From assembly GCA_021792095.1 (NCBI GenBank), contig JAJYVH010000001.1:225584-289583 (forward strand): a DNA stretch of 64,000 bases. The letters run 5' to 3'. The first letter of the stretch is position 1. Each line of letters starts with the position of its first letter. The translations under genes were made by a program, and so were the position numbers. Shown piece by piece: positions 7,903 through 17,526 of this stretch. The notes beneath the pieces were generated by a model. That model saw only the letters and a program-made list of their open reading frames with translations, was not told the origin of the DNA and searched no databases. Source of the DNA: Candidatus Micrarchaeota archaeon (GTDB taxonomy: Archaea; Micrarchaeota; Micrarchaeia; Micrarchaeales; CABMGC01).

Positions 7903-8723
7903 GATATCGCCTTGAACGAGCGGACGCTGCTCGCTATGCCGTCCTTTACGGCCTCGAGAGCCGCCTCTGACCAGAGTGCGAGCCTCGGCTTGGCGCCCGG
8001 CGCCATCGAGGACACGCGCAGCTTGTCCACGCCAAGTGCTTCCACGCCCGGTATGTTCCTGCACGCCCTAGATACGGCGCTCGCGTCCTTAGCAAGTATG
8101 ACCACGCTGCTCCTGAAGTATCTCCTCTGCACCTTCCTCCTGCTGCCTACGGCAAGCCTTGGCGAGTGCGATCTCTCCAGGTCGTCAGAGATGCCGAGCG
8201 ATTTCAGCACGGAGAGCAGCTCCTTGGTCTTCGATATCTTCTCTATGTCTGAGGACACGACGAGCGGCAGCTGTGCGTTTGCCACCCTGTACTGCTGCTT
8301 CACCAGTTGCGCGTCTGCCGTTGCCGCCACAGCGCTCTCCAGCGCCCTCTCGTACTCCTTCCTGTTTATGCGCTCGATTATGGTCTTTTCCACGTGGTGC
8401 GGATGCGCGCGTCTTCCCTTCACCGAGGAAGGTATGCGCCTAACCGCCCCCATGGCTCCTTTAGCGAGCCTCTGCCTTGGCCTGGGCGGCAAGCCTATGT
8501 GCCTCTGCGTCCTGTAGTTGCCCAGCCTTCCTGTATACGAGGCCGACGTCTCCATGCCGGCGCCCAGATAGTGGCCCTGCGGCTGGTGGCCGAGGCTCTG
8601 CTCGGCGAGCAGCGCGCGCCTGACTATGTCTGCGTTGTATTTTGTATCGAAGACGCTGGGCAAAGTCAGCTTCCTGCCCGCGCTTCCGTTAGTTTGATAC
8701 ACCTGCGCCTCCACATCAAGCAC
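7899..8723 (-). CDS. rpl4: 50S ribosomal protein L4 (uL4)
   Basis: 274 aa. ...SYTGRLGNYRTQRHIGLPPRPRQRLAKGAMGAVRRIPSSVKGRRAHPHHVEK... Gene order L3-L4-L23. Confidence 0.9.
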   Translation of the reverse strand: MLDVEAQVYQTNGSAGRKLTLPSVFDTKYNADIVRRALLAEQSLGHQPQGHYLGAGMETSASYTGRLGNYRTQRHIGLPPRPRQRLAKGAMGAVRRIPSSVKGRRAHPHHVEKTIIERINRKEYERALESAVAATADAQLVKQQYRVANAQLPLVVSSDIEKISKTKELLSVLKSLGISDDLERSHSPRLAVGSRRKVQRRYFRSSVVILAKDASAVSRACRNIPGVEALGVDKLRVSSMAPGAKPRLALWSEAALEAVKDGIASSVRSFKAIS

Positions 8724-9681
8724 CCTGTTTAGAAGTCCTGGAAACGTAAAGCACGTTAGGAGCCTGCTCCTTGCCCCTGTGCCTTATCGCCTTCCTTATG
8801 CGCATCAGCCTCTTGGCGGTCCCTGGCAGCGAGCCGTCCAGAAGCAGGTATTCGTTGCGCAGAAAGCCGTAATTCAGTATGCCCCCAGCCGGCATGACGT
8901 CGCCTGCATCCTGCTCTGCGCCCACCTTGAGAACACGCTTGTTTAGCTCCGTCCTGTAGTTGAAGCCCATGTGCCCTGCCATTGGCACTCCGAACTGCAC
9001 CTTCGCCGGGTGCCACGGGCCGAGCGTGCCGACGTGCCTTATCTTTCCTGTCGCCTTGTGGTACTGCCTCGCCACACCGAACCTCTTGATAGGCCCTTCC
9101 CAGCCCTTGCCCTTGCTTATGCTTATCACGTCTACAAAGTCGCCGGGCTTCAGCATATCCTTGGCCTTGAGTTCGCTACCGAGCAGCTTCTCCGCGAAAG
9201 CGAAACCTGTTTGTGCGTCCTTGCCTCCGAGGCGTATCTCAAATCTGACAAGCTTCTTGTTGCCGGTGCCCAGCGTAGAAGCGTCGGCATAGGCCAGAAG
9301 CGCAACAGCCTCGCATTCGGCGACGTGCTTCTTCGCCTCATCGACGCTTACGTTCCTTGTTTCCTTTATCCCGAGTCTCTGCGCGGCGTTCTTGTCGTAA
9401 ACCTCGTAGGCCGGCTGCCTGTACAGGTATTTCTTCTTGTAGAGCCTCACGCCGTACACGAATGTCTTCGGGACAGCTACGAGCGTGGCCGCCCTGGCCA
9501 CCTCTTGTCCCTTCGTAGGCGACAGCGAGTCGTCTATCATCGACACATGGGTCATACCAGCCTTGAAGCCGAGCATGGAGGTCACCTCCGGCTCCTTGCT
9601 CTCGGGCCAGTGGCGCATTCTTGGCAGTGGCTTTTGGGCACGTCTGTGGTGCCAGAACTCCATTGAACCTCGGCGAGGCAT
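8716..9681 (-). CDS. rpl3: 50S ribosomal protein L3 (uL3)
   Basis: 321 aa. MPRRGSMEFWHHRRAQK...FKAGMTHV...ISKGKGWEGPIKRFGV...HVGTLGPWHPAKV. Confidence 0.92.
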   Translation of the reverse strand: MPRRGSMEFWHHRRAQKPLPRMRHWPESKEPEVTSMLGFKAGMTHVSMIDDSLSPTKGQEVARAATLVAVPKTFVYGVRLYKKKYLYRQPAYEVYDKNAAQRLGIKETRNVSVDEAKKHVAECEAVALLAYADASTLGTGNKKLVRFEIRLGGKDAQTGFAFAEKLLGSELKAKDMLKPGDFVDVISISKGKGWEGPIKRFGVARQYHKATGKIRHVGTLGPWHPAKVQFGVPMAGHMGFNYRTELNKRVLKVGAEQDAGDVMPAGGILNYGFLRNEYLLLDGSLPGTAKRLMRIRKAIRHRGKEQAPNVLYVSRTSKQGA

Positions 9682-9883
9682 AACTGCACACTTAAAAATA
9701 GCCTATGCAAACGGGCTTTTTACGCCTGAAATGACAGAGCTAATGCACCTTTTGGCATTAGCAGATTTATAAGCGTTGGCGTTTTGCGGAAGGGAGCAAA
9801 ACACAGGGCAGCCTGACGCCGCGACTGGCGCATTTTGCTAGAAATGCTTAAATAAGGGGCTACAGATTGAGAAACGTGGTCCT

Positions 9884-10510
9884 GTGATCTCTGACAACTA
9901 TAGGCACTTTGCCGGAAGCATAGGTGAGAAAGCGAAGAACGGAGAGCCGGTACTGGCCCAGCTGATGCGAAGCGAGGAGCGCGAGGAGCATCGCTCTGCC
10001 GGGAGCTGGCACGGCACACAGACAGTATACTATCCGAAGATCACGATAGTGATAGGAAGGATAGCGAACAACACTCACGACGCCAACAGGGTGATGCCAG
10101 GCAACGAATACAATATCGTGTTTGCAGATTATGTTGTCGATGCGAAGAGCGGAGAAAAGCTATACAACTACTGGCTCAGGCACACGCTGCCGGAGAGTGT
10201 GTTCTCTTCCCAAAAAGCAGACCTGGAGATAATCAGGGTGGCCGATCCGGTAGAGCTGAATAGGCACATCGAAAGGAAAAGCGAGGAATTCAGAATGCGC
10301 TTCGCTGCTGCAGGCGGATACCGCCTGAATTGGGGTACGCCTGAATGGAAAATACCGGCCATGGTGCTGTACCTGAACACTGACGCGATTGCGCAGTATA
10401 TGCTGCGCAAGTATGGCGCGGCGAACATCCACCCTATTTTCAGGGAGTTGAAGATGGAGTTGCCGAGGAATGCGCGGACGCAGAAGGCCACCGCACCAGG
10501 CAGCGCATAA
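9884..10510 (+). CDS. hypothetical protein (no recognisable family)
   Basis: 208-aa ORF with host-like codon usage. GTG start about 30 nt downstream of TTAAATAA (9848-9855). No motif recognised. Confidence 0.5.
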   Translation: MISDNYRHFAGSIGEKAKNGEPVLAQLMRSEEREEHRSAGSWHGTQTVYYPKITIVIGRIANNTHDANRVMPGNEYNIVFADYVVDAKSGEKLYNYWLRHTLPESVFSSQKADLEIIRVADPVELNRHIERKSEEFRMRFAAAGGYRLNWGTPEWKIPAMVLYLNTDAIAQYMLRKYGAANIHPIFRELKMELPRNARTQKATAPGSA

Positions 10511-10528
10511 GCTGCATTGCCGCGCAGC

Positions 10529-10819
10529 CTAAGCCCGCACCGCGGAGCGCCTAGACTGCCCGATTCGACCGGCTCCGTGTTTCCCGCCCAGCAGCGACCC
10601 GACGCTGGCCACAACACCCATGCTCTTTATCGCACTGCCAAGCGATGCGAAAAGGGCGACAGCATCGTCGGCCTCCGCACTCAGCCTTAGCGTGTTGCCC
10701 CTGGCGCGGAAAGACACGCTGCCTCTCCTGTGCATGGTGCCCATTCCGATGACCTTCACGTACTCGGCCGCTGGCCTGTCGAGCCTTATGCTTAGGATTG
10801 CACGCTGCATGCGCATCAT
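10529..10819 (-). CDS. possible KEOPS subunit Pcc1-like protein
   Basis: 96 aa, ATGA-coupled to L15e. The pattern AILSIRLDRPAAEYVKVI...SVSFRARGNTLRLSAEADDAVALFASLGSAIKSM resembles the Pcc1/CTAG fold consensus (..A.D..aLra.lns..). By-eye similarity only. Confidence 0.35.
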   Translation of the reverse strand: MMRMQRAILSIRLDRPAAEYVKVIGMGTMHRRGSVSFRARGNTLRLSAEADDAVALFASLGSAIKSMGVVASVGSLLGGKHGAGRIGQSRRSAVRA

Positions 10820-11397
10820 GAGTTCCTGCTCTGCCCCGACTTTACACTAGGCCTGTTCCAGCTTGTGCCGAAGCCCTTGTTCACCAGCCCCCTGTGCTTC
10901 CTGCCTGAGCTAGTGAGCCCGCGCGACGCCCTGCCCCTCTGCGCCACTACGCCAGCATAGCTCCTGTCTCCGAGCACGCTGGGATGCGTGGCGTCGAGCA
11001 GCACCACCTCGAAGAACTTGTAATCGCCATCCTCGCCTACATAATAAGAGTTGAGCACCTCGCAGTTCGTGAATTTGGCCGCGGCGCGCTCCTCGGCCAC
11101 GGACTGGAGCGACTTCCTGAAAGCGTAATAGCGCCCTTCCTTGGAGGGCTTCCTCCCCGCGGTTATCTTACCTCTGTGGCTAAGGCCCCTCCTGACGCGC
11201 ACCCGGGCGACCACCACTCCCTGCTTGGCCTTGTAGCCGAGTTCCCTGGCCCTCGCAACGTTGGTGGGCTTCGCGACGCGCTCTACCGGCGCCTGCCTGC
11301 GCCAGGCGGCTATGTGCTGCTTCAGTTCCTGGCTCCTCTCGCTGTACTCGTTCCTGAATGTCCTGTTTATGTACTTGTAAGAGTTCATCCTCAACAC
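10816..11397 (-). CDS. rpl15e: 50S ribosomal protein L15e (eL15)
   Basis: 193 aa. MNSYKYINRTFRNEY...ARELGYKAKQGVVVARVRVRRG...GRKPSKEG...YYVGEDGDYKFFEVVLLD. The start may be ATG 11388. Confidence 0.9.
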   Translation of the reverse strand: MLRMNSYKYINRTFRNEYSERSQELKQHIAAWRRQAPVERVAKPTNVARARELGYKAKQGVVVARVRVRRGLSHRGKITAGRKPSKEGRYYAFRKSLQSVAEERAAAKFTNCEVLNSYYVGEDGDYKFFEVVLLDATHPSVLGDRSYAGVVAQRGRASRGLTSSGRKHRGLVNKGFGTSWNRPSVKSGQSRNS

Positions 11398-11415
11398 CTC
11401 AAGGACAAGATTGCC

Positions 11416-12573
11416 TCAGCGCGCAGTAAGCACATCTGCTAGCCCTTTAAGGTATAAATAGGTTGCTGCATACGTTGGCAGTGTAACGGCCTCCTCCTTG
11501 TACGGGCCGAACGTCTGCCCGTTCAGCACTAGCGCATACTTCGAGCTCGCGCGCACCCGCAGCTCTCCCTTCCCGAAAGCGATCGCGTCCTTCAGCGGCT
11601 CGAACGCGCCGAGCGCCGCCATCGAGGGCAGCTTCCTCGCCACCAGGCCTGTGCCGCCGTGGATCGTGTTGGGCAGGCGTATCAGGTGGCTGGGCTCCCT
11701 GGTGACGTTCCTGTCTATCTTGTTGCCCTGCTTCACCTCCTGCGTGTGGAGCAGCGTGCTAAGCACGTCCTGCCTGTTGGGTATAGGGTGGAAGTCCCAG
11801 TTGCCCATGCCCACCTGCTCCCTCACAGCATCGTGGTGCCTGAATATCCACGAGGCGGTGTCCTTGTCTATGCCGAGCGACGTCATCGCCTCCTTGCTGA
11901 GCGTTGCCTCGAGGAACGCTTTCGCCACCTTGCCCCTCCAGCCGCCGTCTGACGGCGAGGGGCCCAGCTGCTTGCCCCTGGCGCCGACGCCCGCATCCAC
12001 CTTGAAGAATGCATCCGTGTCTATGCCGTTGCCGAATACATAGTCGCTTATCTCCTCCCGTGCCTGGGCGCCGAGCTTCAGTATCCTAGGGTCGCGCACA
12101 TGCACGTGGTAGCCCCTGTTGCCGCTGAAGTTCACCTCAATCTCCTTCTCGGAGAAACCGAAATCAGGGACGAGGAAGTCCTCGACGAGCTTGGTCACCT
12201 CCTCCTTCGCCGCCACCAGGCACTTCTCGCAGATCCACTCCTTGCCGTGATCCAGCTTGCATTGCGTGGGTATGTCGTTGGCGTCTATATCGAACCTCAG
12301 CTCTGAGCCCAGCCACTCCTTCCGCTCCATGGGCCTGGCGTCTGGAAACCTGTAATAGGCGGCCGAGTAATCGGCGAACGGAGGCCCGTTCTCCACAAGG
12401 TACTTGTCCAGGTCGGCCGGCCTCTTGAATGCGATGTGCCGGAACGCTATCTTCGACTCGAAGGAGCCGAAGGCGAACTCGCGCTGCTCCACCCTGTCCG
12501 GCGAGAGGCCGCGGTGGAATCTGTAGTAGCCCTTTATCAGCTCGGTCACTATCTTGTTGCCTGCCTCTGACAC
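11416..12573 (-). CDS. priS: DNA primase small (catalytic) subunit PriS
   Basis: 385 aa. Catalytic motifs ELRFDIDANDI and NFSGNRGYHVHVRD, later RLPNTIHGGTGL. Zn-knuckle-like CKLDHGKEWICEKC. Confidence 0.88.
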   Translation of the reverse strand: MSEAGNKIVTELIKGYYRFHRGLSPDRVEQREFAFGSFESKIAFRHIAFKRPADLDKYLVENGPPFADYSAAYYRFPDARPMERKEWLGSELRFDIDANDIPTQCKLDHGKEWICEKCLVAAKEEVTKLVEDFLVPDFGFSEKEIEVNFSGNRGYHVHVRDPRILKLGAQAREEISDYVFGNGIDTDAFFKVDAGVGARGKQLGPSPSDGGWRGKVAKAFLEATLSKEAMTSLGIDKDTASWIFRHHDAVREQVGMGNWDFHPIPNRQDVLSTLLHTQEVKQGNKIDRNVTREPSHLIRLPNTIHGGTGLVARKLPSMAALGAFEPLKDAIAFGKGELRVRASSKYALVLNGQTFGPYKEEAVTLPTYAATYLYLKGLADVLTAR

Positions 12574-12593
12574 GATTAGAGTAGCCGTTCAGG

Positions 12594-12602
12594 TTATAAA
12601 TA
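12594..12602 (+). promoter_or_regulatory. TATA box (TTATAAATA) for pth2; transcript predicted leaderless
   Basis: Centre lies 26 nt upstream of the GTG start at 12624. Nearly the same 16-mer (GGTATAAATAGGTT) recurs at 11451-11464. Confidence 0.5.
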
Positions 12603-12623
12603 GGTTAAACACAATGCTCTCTC

Positions 12624-12980
12624 GTGGAAGAGATAAAGCAAGTGATAGTCATCAGGAAGGACCTGGGCATGGGCGTGGGCAAGACGGCGGCCCAAGCGGC
12701 GCACGCCTCGATGCTCAGCTATGCCGAGGCTGCCAAGAAAGATCCTGAGATGGCAAAGGCTTGGCTCTCGACGGGACAGAAGAAGATAGTGCTAAAGGTT
12801 GACGATGAGGCAGCGCTTGAGAAGCTCTACAAGGCGTTCAAGTACGAGAAGGTGCCCTGCGCGCTAGTTGACGACGCCGGACTCACGCAGCTGCCCCCGG
12901 GCACCACTACGGCGCTGGGCGTAGGGCCCGACCTGGCGGCCAGGATAGACAGGTTCACCAAGCCGTTGAAACTGCTGTAG
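12624..12980 (+). CDS. pth2: peptidyl-tRNA hydrolase, archaeal type (Pth2)
   Basis: 118 aa. KQVIVIRKDLGMGVGKTAAQAAHAS...KIVLKV...ALVDDAGLTQLPPGTTTALGVGP. Confidence 0.9.
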   Translation: MEEIKQVIVIRKDLGMGVGKTAAQAAHASMLSYAEAAKKDPEMAKAWLSTGQKKIVLKVDDEAALEKLYKAFKYEKVPCALVDDAGLTQLPPGTTTALGVGPDLAARIDRFTKPLKLL

Positions 12981-13036
12981 TGGGAAGTTAAAGCCAATAC
13001 ATATAAAGACAGGCGTCTGAAGCACGATGTGGTAAA

Positions 13037-13393
13037 ATGGCGGGACTCGACGACAGACCAGCCAGATATAGCGTTTCTAAAACACAACAGGCCACCGATT
13101 CCAAAGACGCTGTGTCTTTGTTGAATGCGCTTGAAAATGTGCGGAGGGATGGCCTAATTCCTAATTATGTTTTGGTTGGCACTGACGTGCGGCACAGGAT
13201 AGGCAAAGAAGGCACTTCAATAGAGATGACAGTCACTCTGAGCGCAGACAAGGACAGATTTACGGAAGATGGATTTCGGGCTGCGGCCGAGAGGATATTC
13301 ACTTACTTATTCATCTCTAAAATGATAGAAAAGGAGGGCGATGTTGATCCCTGGCCAGAAACCCCAAGGAGGCCAGAGCACACCGTATACTGA
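13037..13393 (+). CDS. hypothetical protein
   Basis: 118-aa ORF. ATG lies 30 nt downstream of CATATAAAG (about 12998-13006). Composition is slightly lower in GC than its neighbours. No motif recognised. Confidence 0.45.
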   Translation: MAGLDDRPARYSVSKTQQATDSKDAVSLLNALENVRRDGLIPNYVLVGTDVRHRIGKEGTSIEMTVTLSADKDRFTEDGFRAAAERIFTYLFISKMIEKEGDVDPWPETPRRPEHTVY

Positions 13394-13444
13394 TCGCCCG
13401 ATGCAGAATGCGTTTGCCGCTGCGGCGCCAGGGGAGACGTATTA

Positions 13445-14353
13445 TCACACGAAAGTCAGCCAGTCAGAGAATTCCTCATTCTGGCCCGTGACTGCATCGT
13501 AGTAGGCATCCAGAAGCATTCTTGTTATGGGCCCTGTCTTGCCGTTGCCTATCCTGCGCGAGTCGACAGAGACTATGGGCGTAAGCTCAGCCGCAGTGCC
13601 TGTGAAGAAGATCTCGTCGCTCGTGTAGAGCTCCTCCTTGTGGACGCCGCGTTCCTCGACTACCAAACCCTCGGCTTCGGCCAGCTTGATTATACTGTCC
13701 CTGGTTATGCCCAGCAGTATGTCGGCGTCCTTCGAAGGGGTAACGAGCCTGCCGTCCTGCGCAAGGAATATGTTCTCTCCAGGCCCCTCTGCGACATAGC
13801 CGTCGTGCGAGAGCAGTATCGCCTCGTCGGCCCCGGCCCTCTTCGCCTCCATCGAGGCGAGTATCGAGTTGAGGTAGTTGCCGCTCCCCTTCGCCTCGGG
13901 GGGCATTATAAGCGAATTAATCCTCTGCCACGACGACACCTTGCACCTTATCCCCTTGTTCTTGTTTGCGAAGTAGCTGCCGAACGGCACTGCCGCTACG
14001 GCCACGCTCACCTTCTTGCCCGCAGGGCTGAGGCCTATTTGCTGGTCGTTGTAGAAGCCGAAGGGCCTTATGTAGCACGCGTCGAGTTTGTTCTTGGCCA
14101 CCGTGCTTACGATTGCGTTATGCAGCCTCTTCCTGTCCACGGGCAGTTTCATGCCGTAAATCTCGGCTGTGTTGAAGAAGCGCCTGACATGGTCGTCGAG
14201 CCTGAAGATAGCGGTGCCTTTCTTTGCCTCGTAGGCCCTTATGCCTTCGAATATTCCGCTGCCGTATTGCAGCGAGTGGGTGAGCAGGGGCACAACCGCA
14301 TTTTCGTAGTCCACGAACCTGCCGTCGAGCCAGACGTAGCGATTTGATGCCAT
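13445..14353 (-). CDS. ilvE: branched-chain amino acid aminotransferase (class IV)
   Basis: 302 aa. VWLDGRFVDYENAVVPLLTHSLQYGSGIFEGIRAY..., ...AKGSGNYLNSILA...EGPGENIF...TPIVSVD. Confidence 0.88.
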   Translation of the reverse strand: MASNRYVWLDGRFVDYENAVVPLLTHSLQYGSGIFEGIRAYEAKKGTAIFRLDDHVRRFFNTAEIYGMKLPVDRKRLHNAIVSTVAKNKLDACYIRPFGFYNDQQIGLSPAGKKVSVAVAAVPFGSYFANKNKGIRCKVSSWQRINSLIMPPEAKGSGNYLNSILASMEAKRAGADEAILLSHDGYVAEGPGENIFLAQDGRLVTPSKDADILLGITRDSIIKLAEAEGLVVEERGVHKEELYTSDEIFFTGTAAELTPIVSVDSRRIGNGKTGPITRMLLDAYYDAVTGQNEEFSDWLTFV

Positions 14354-14554
14354 GAGGAAATATGGAGCTAAAGATTAAAAGCAGTATCAACGGCTGGGCG
14401 CAACGCGCGGGGCGCTGCTAACCCGAGTGCGCGCGCGGAACGACGGAGGCGCACTCACTTCAAGTTGCCGCTATTGGCAAACCCCGGTTTCGGGGCATCG
14501 CGCCGCACCGAAGTCAGCTCAGGGTCCACGCCCCGCTTGCTTTCCTGCTTCGCT

Positions 14555-14893
14555 TCAAACAGGAGCTGCTGCACTACAGCGCTTCTTTTGTATCTGTTCA
14601 TGCTTTCTCACCTCGCACATATAGACTCGGAACGCCTCCAGTCCCTGCTCGGTCATCCTGAGAGGCTTGTATCCCTCACCCTTCTCCGTGAATTCCACCA
14701 CACCCTCCTTCTGAAGCTTCTTCAAGCAGTACCACACCCCGCTGCGCGATATGTCGTAGGCGGAGCAGACGTAATCTACGAAGCTCGTGGCAGTGGACCC
14801 CCAGTCCATGCCTATTTCGGCCAGCAGCCACGCCTCCTTGCCGCTGAGCCTGAACACTTCAAGAGCATAGCTAATTTGTTTACCCACTTGCAT
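14555..14893 (-). CDS. winged-helix transcriptional regulator (family unassigned)
   Basis: 112 aa. wHTH-like DISRSGVWYCLKKLQKEGVVEFTEKGEGYKPLRMTEQG. Confidence 0.5.
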   Translation of the reverse strand: MQVGKQISYALEVFRLSGKEAWLLAEIGMDWGSTATSFVDYVCSAYDISRSGVWYCLKKLQKEGVVEFTEKGEGYKPLRMTEQGLEAFRVYMCEVRKHEQIQKKRCSAAAPV

Positions 14894-15090
14894 AAGAGCA
14901 CCAGGAAAAAAGAACTTTGTGCGCCCTTAAGCAGTGGGCCTGTCCTTATTCACGTAGCATGTCAGGAGCATGCTGCCGGCTATCACGGAGAAAGAGTCCG
15001 CCGGCTGCCATAGTCCCTGACCGCTCTGCATAAATACACTTGCGTTCATATCTATCGACAGCAGTATTTAAAACTTTTGTACAAACTGGT

Positions 15091-15948
15091 GTGTGCTTGC
15101 TTTTGGAAACAGAAGTCCCGTTGCTCTGCCTTGTCTCGGTTACTGTGCTATACGCTGCCTTCGACCTGTTCAACAAGCGCAACGTGCCCGACGTCTTCGC
15201 CTACGCGAGCGTGGCGCTTGGTATCGTAGTCACGCTCGTTTACGACTCAAGCGTGCTCCTGGAGAGCCTGCTCATAGCCGCATTCATAGCCGCGATAGGC
15301 TACGTGGTGTACAAGCGCGGGCTGTGGGGCGCCGGCGACTACTTCGAGCTCGTAGCCGTCAGCCTGCTGCTCCCGGTGCAGCCGCTCCCGCTCCTCGTGC
15401 TCGCCAACCAGTTCGCGCTGCCCTTCATACTCTCCGTGTTCATAGCCACTGGCTTCGCCGCTCTGTGGACGGTGCCCACATACTACCTGCTCGTCATAAG
15501 GAGGAAGTGGAGCAGGAAGATGAGCGAGAAGCAGATGAGCTACGGCCTGCTCCTTTTCTTCCTGTACATATCGCTGCTCGTCTTCATATACGCCACAGTG
15601 GGCCTCACACTCGGCAGGGCGCTACTGGTGCTCGCGATCGCGATACCGTCATCGGTCACGATGATGTTCGGGGACGAGATAACGGCAAGGATGGTGAAGC
15701 GCGTGAGCGCAAAGGGCCTGGAGGAAGGCGACATAATAGCGGTCAACATGATGAGCGCCAGGGAACGCAAGGCGTTCTCGGTGCACGCCGCTTCGGGCAG
15801 GCTTGTGACCAAGAGGCTGATGCGCGAGCTCGAGGGCATGCGTAGCACGCTGCCCGTGTACAAGAACGCCGCCCCGCTTGCTGTCTTCATACTCATGGGA
15901 ACAGCCATATCGCTGCTCGTGGGCAATGTGGCCCTCTTCATAATATAG
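15091..15948 (+). CDS. A24-family aspartic peptidase (archaeal prepilin/preflagellin peptidase-like) with a C-terminal extension
   Basis: Polytopic membrane protein with the two Asp motifs of the family (LYAAFDLFNKRNVPD and GLWGAGDYFEL). The track start TTG 15040 lies upstream of the TATA-like GTATTTAAA (15064-15072), so GTG 15091 or TTG 15097 is preferred. Confidence 0.6.
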   Translation: MCLLLETEVPLLCLVSVTVLYAAFDLFNKRNVPDVFAYASVALGIVVTLVYDSSVLLESLLIAAFIAAIGYVVYKRGLWGAGDYFELVAVSLLLPVQPLPLLVLANQFALPFILSVFIATGFAALWTVPTYYLLVIRRKWSRKMSEKQMSYGLLLFFLYISLLVFIYATVGLTLGRALLVLAIAIPSSVTMMFGDEITARMVKRVSAKGLEEGDIIAVNMMSARERKAFSVHAASGRLVTKRLMRELEGMRSTLPVYKNAAPLAVFILMGTAISLLVGNVALFII

Positions 15949-15949
15949 A

Positions 15950-16828
15950 TCAGGGGTAGAGCAGGTCGAGAAGCCCGCTCTCCGTTTCCTGCGACATGAG
16001 CTCCTGCTTCCTGACTACAGGCACGCCGCGTATCCGGCCGCTCTTCCTCTCGCTGACGAAGAACGGGTAGTTGTTATCGAACGTGTCGCGTATCGCGCCG
16101 AAGAGCTCTGCGCGCTTGGCCATGGTGCGCTCGTTGGCGTCGAAGCTTACCTCATAGAGGTTCCTTGACCTCGCCACTATGTCGAAAGGGGCGAAGCGCA
16201 GCCTGAGTGTCTGCATTTTCATGTTGGCGAACCTCGACTGGCGCAGGCACTGCCTTGATTCCCGGTAAGGCTCTTCCTCGAACCTTATGCTACCGTGCAG
16301 CGCGGACTCGAGGCGCGTCACCGCTGTGCTCGACGCATAGAGGTAGCCGTGCTCGTGCCTGTACAGCATGGACTTGGAGACCTTGGCCTTCCTGGACAGC
16401 TCAGGCACACCAATGTCGGCTAGCTTGATCAGCCTTGAGAGCTTGGCCCCGTCCACGGCGATTTTCGAGCCGAGGGACCTCGACGCCACAAGGCCGGGCT
16501 GGTTGGAAGCAAGCTTGGGCAGCATGTCGATCGGCACGCACTTCAGCGAGAAGCGGTTGTAGCTCGTGCCGTCCTTCAGCGCGCCGTTCTTGGAGCAGAC
16601 GCCAAGTATGATGGGCTCGGCCCCCAGGAACCATGCAAGCTTCTCAAGCTCCTTCGCCTCCTCCTGCGTTACAGAGTCTATGTTCGTCACCGCCTTTATG
16701 GCGAGCTTCCTGCCGCGCCGCTCGGCGAGCACGTCCACGAGCGTGTGCATGTTGCCGGCGAGCACCGTGGCGAAGCCGCTGCCGTTGAGCTCACCGGCCG
16801 CCTTCCTGACCAGCTCTGATTTCTTCAT
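15950..16828 (-). CDS. putative transcriptional regulator with a central XRE-type HTH (COG1395-like architecture)
   Basis: 292 aa. Central HTH VDGAKLSRLIKLADIGVPELSRKAKVSKSMLYRHEHG, flanked by two unassigned domains. Confidence 0.45.
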   Translation of the reverse strand: MKKSELVRKAAGELNGSGFATVLAGNMHTLVDVLAERRGRKLAIKAVTNIDSVTQEEAKELEKLAWFLGAEPIILGVCSKNGALKDGTSYNRFSLKCVPIDMLPKLASNQPGLVASRSLGSKIAVDGAKLSRLIKLADIGVPELSRKAKVSKSMLYRHEHGYLYASSTAVTRLESALHGSIRFEEEPYRESRQCLRQSRFANMKMQTLRLRFAPFDIVARSRNLYEVSFDANERTMAKRAELFGAIRDTFDNNYPFFVSERKSGRIRGVPVVRKQELMSQETESGLLDLLYP

Positions 16829-16895
16829 CGAACAATATTGGCTCAGCTCCTATTTTAAGCTGCCTGGGGCCGCTGGTTTGGTTGGCAAGGGGCGC

Positions 16896-17420
16896 CTACT
16901 TGCTCAGCAGCTTCTCCCCTTCCTGCCAGTTGACAGGGCAGAGGCCTCCTGTCTGCAGAGCCGACAGCACCCTGTACGTCTCTTCGGTGCTCCTGCCCAC
17001 GTTGTCCTGCGTCACCACCAAGTACTTCACTACGCCCTCGGGGTCTATTATGAACAGGCCTCTGGACGCGTTGCCAGTCTTGCTCTCGAAAACATCGTAC
17101 GCGCGGGATATCTCGCCGTTCCTGTCGGACGCCATATAGTACTTTATGCCCTTCAGGCGCGGATCTGCGCCAACCCATGCCTTGTGCGTGAACACTGTGT
17201 CTGTGCTCACGGACACTACCTCGCAGTTCTTCTTCAGGAACTGCTCGTACTCCTTCGCGAAGCCCTCGAGCTCCGTTGGGCAGACGAAGGTGAAGTCTGC
17301 GGGGTAGAAGAACAGTATCGTCCACTTGCCCCTGAAATCGCTCAGCTTTATCTTCGTGAAGTCCGACTCCTTGAACGCGTCTGCTTCGAAATCCGGTGCT
17401 TTCTTGTCTATAAGGCTCAT
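16896..17420 (-). CDS. peroxiredoxin (2-Cys Prx / AhpC family)
   Basis: Start at MSLIDKKAPDFEA (ATG 17420). Peroxidatic Cys motif FFYPADFTFVCPTE, and resolving-Cys region ALQTGGLCPVNW. Confidence 0.9.
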   Translation of the reverse strand: MSLIDKKAPDFEADAFKESDFTKIKLSDFRGKWTILFFYPADFTFVCPTELEGFAKEYEQFLKKNCEVVSVSTDTVFTHKAWVGADPRLKGIKYYMASDRNGEISRAYDVFESKTGNASRGLFIIDPEGVVKYLVVTQDNVGRSTEETYRVLSALQTGGLCPVNWQEGEKLLSK

Positions 17421-17526
17421 TCCACTCACCACTAGCGCTGCATTATGCGCAGCCAAAGAATAAAAACATTGCACAACTTTCACAGCGCGCGCTACCTTGC
17501 ATCCAAGGGATGCGCAGCAGGCGAGC

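Noticed and set aside
14390-14554. GC-rich 165-nt spacer between the wHTH gene and ilvE, with a CCCCG-GTTT-CGGGG hairpin (about 14484-14497), considered as a structured RNA or riboswitch.
   Set aside because: It has only one short hairpin and no recognisable riboswitch core. It is most simply a 3' UTR or terminator region followed by the ilvE TATA (TTTTAATC, about 14374-14384).
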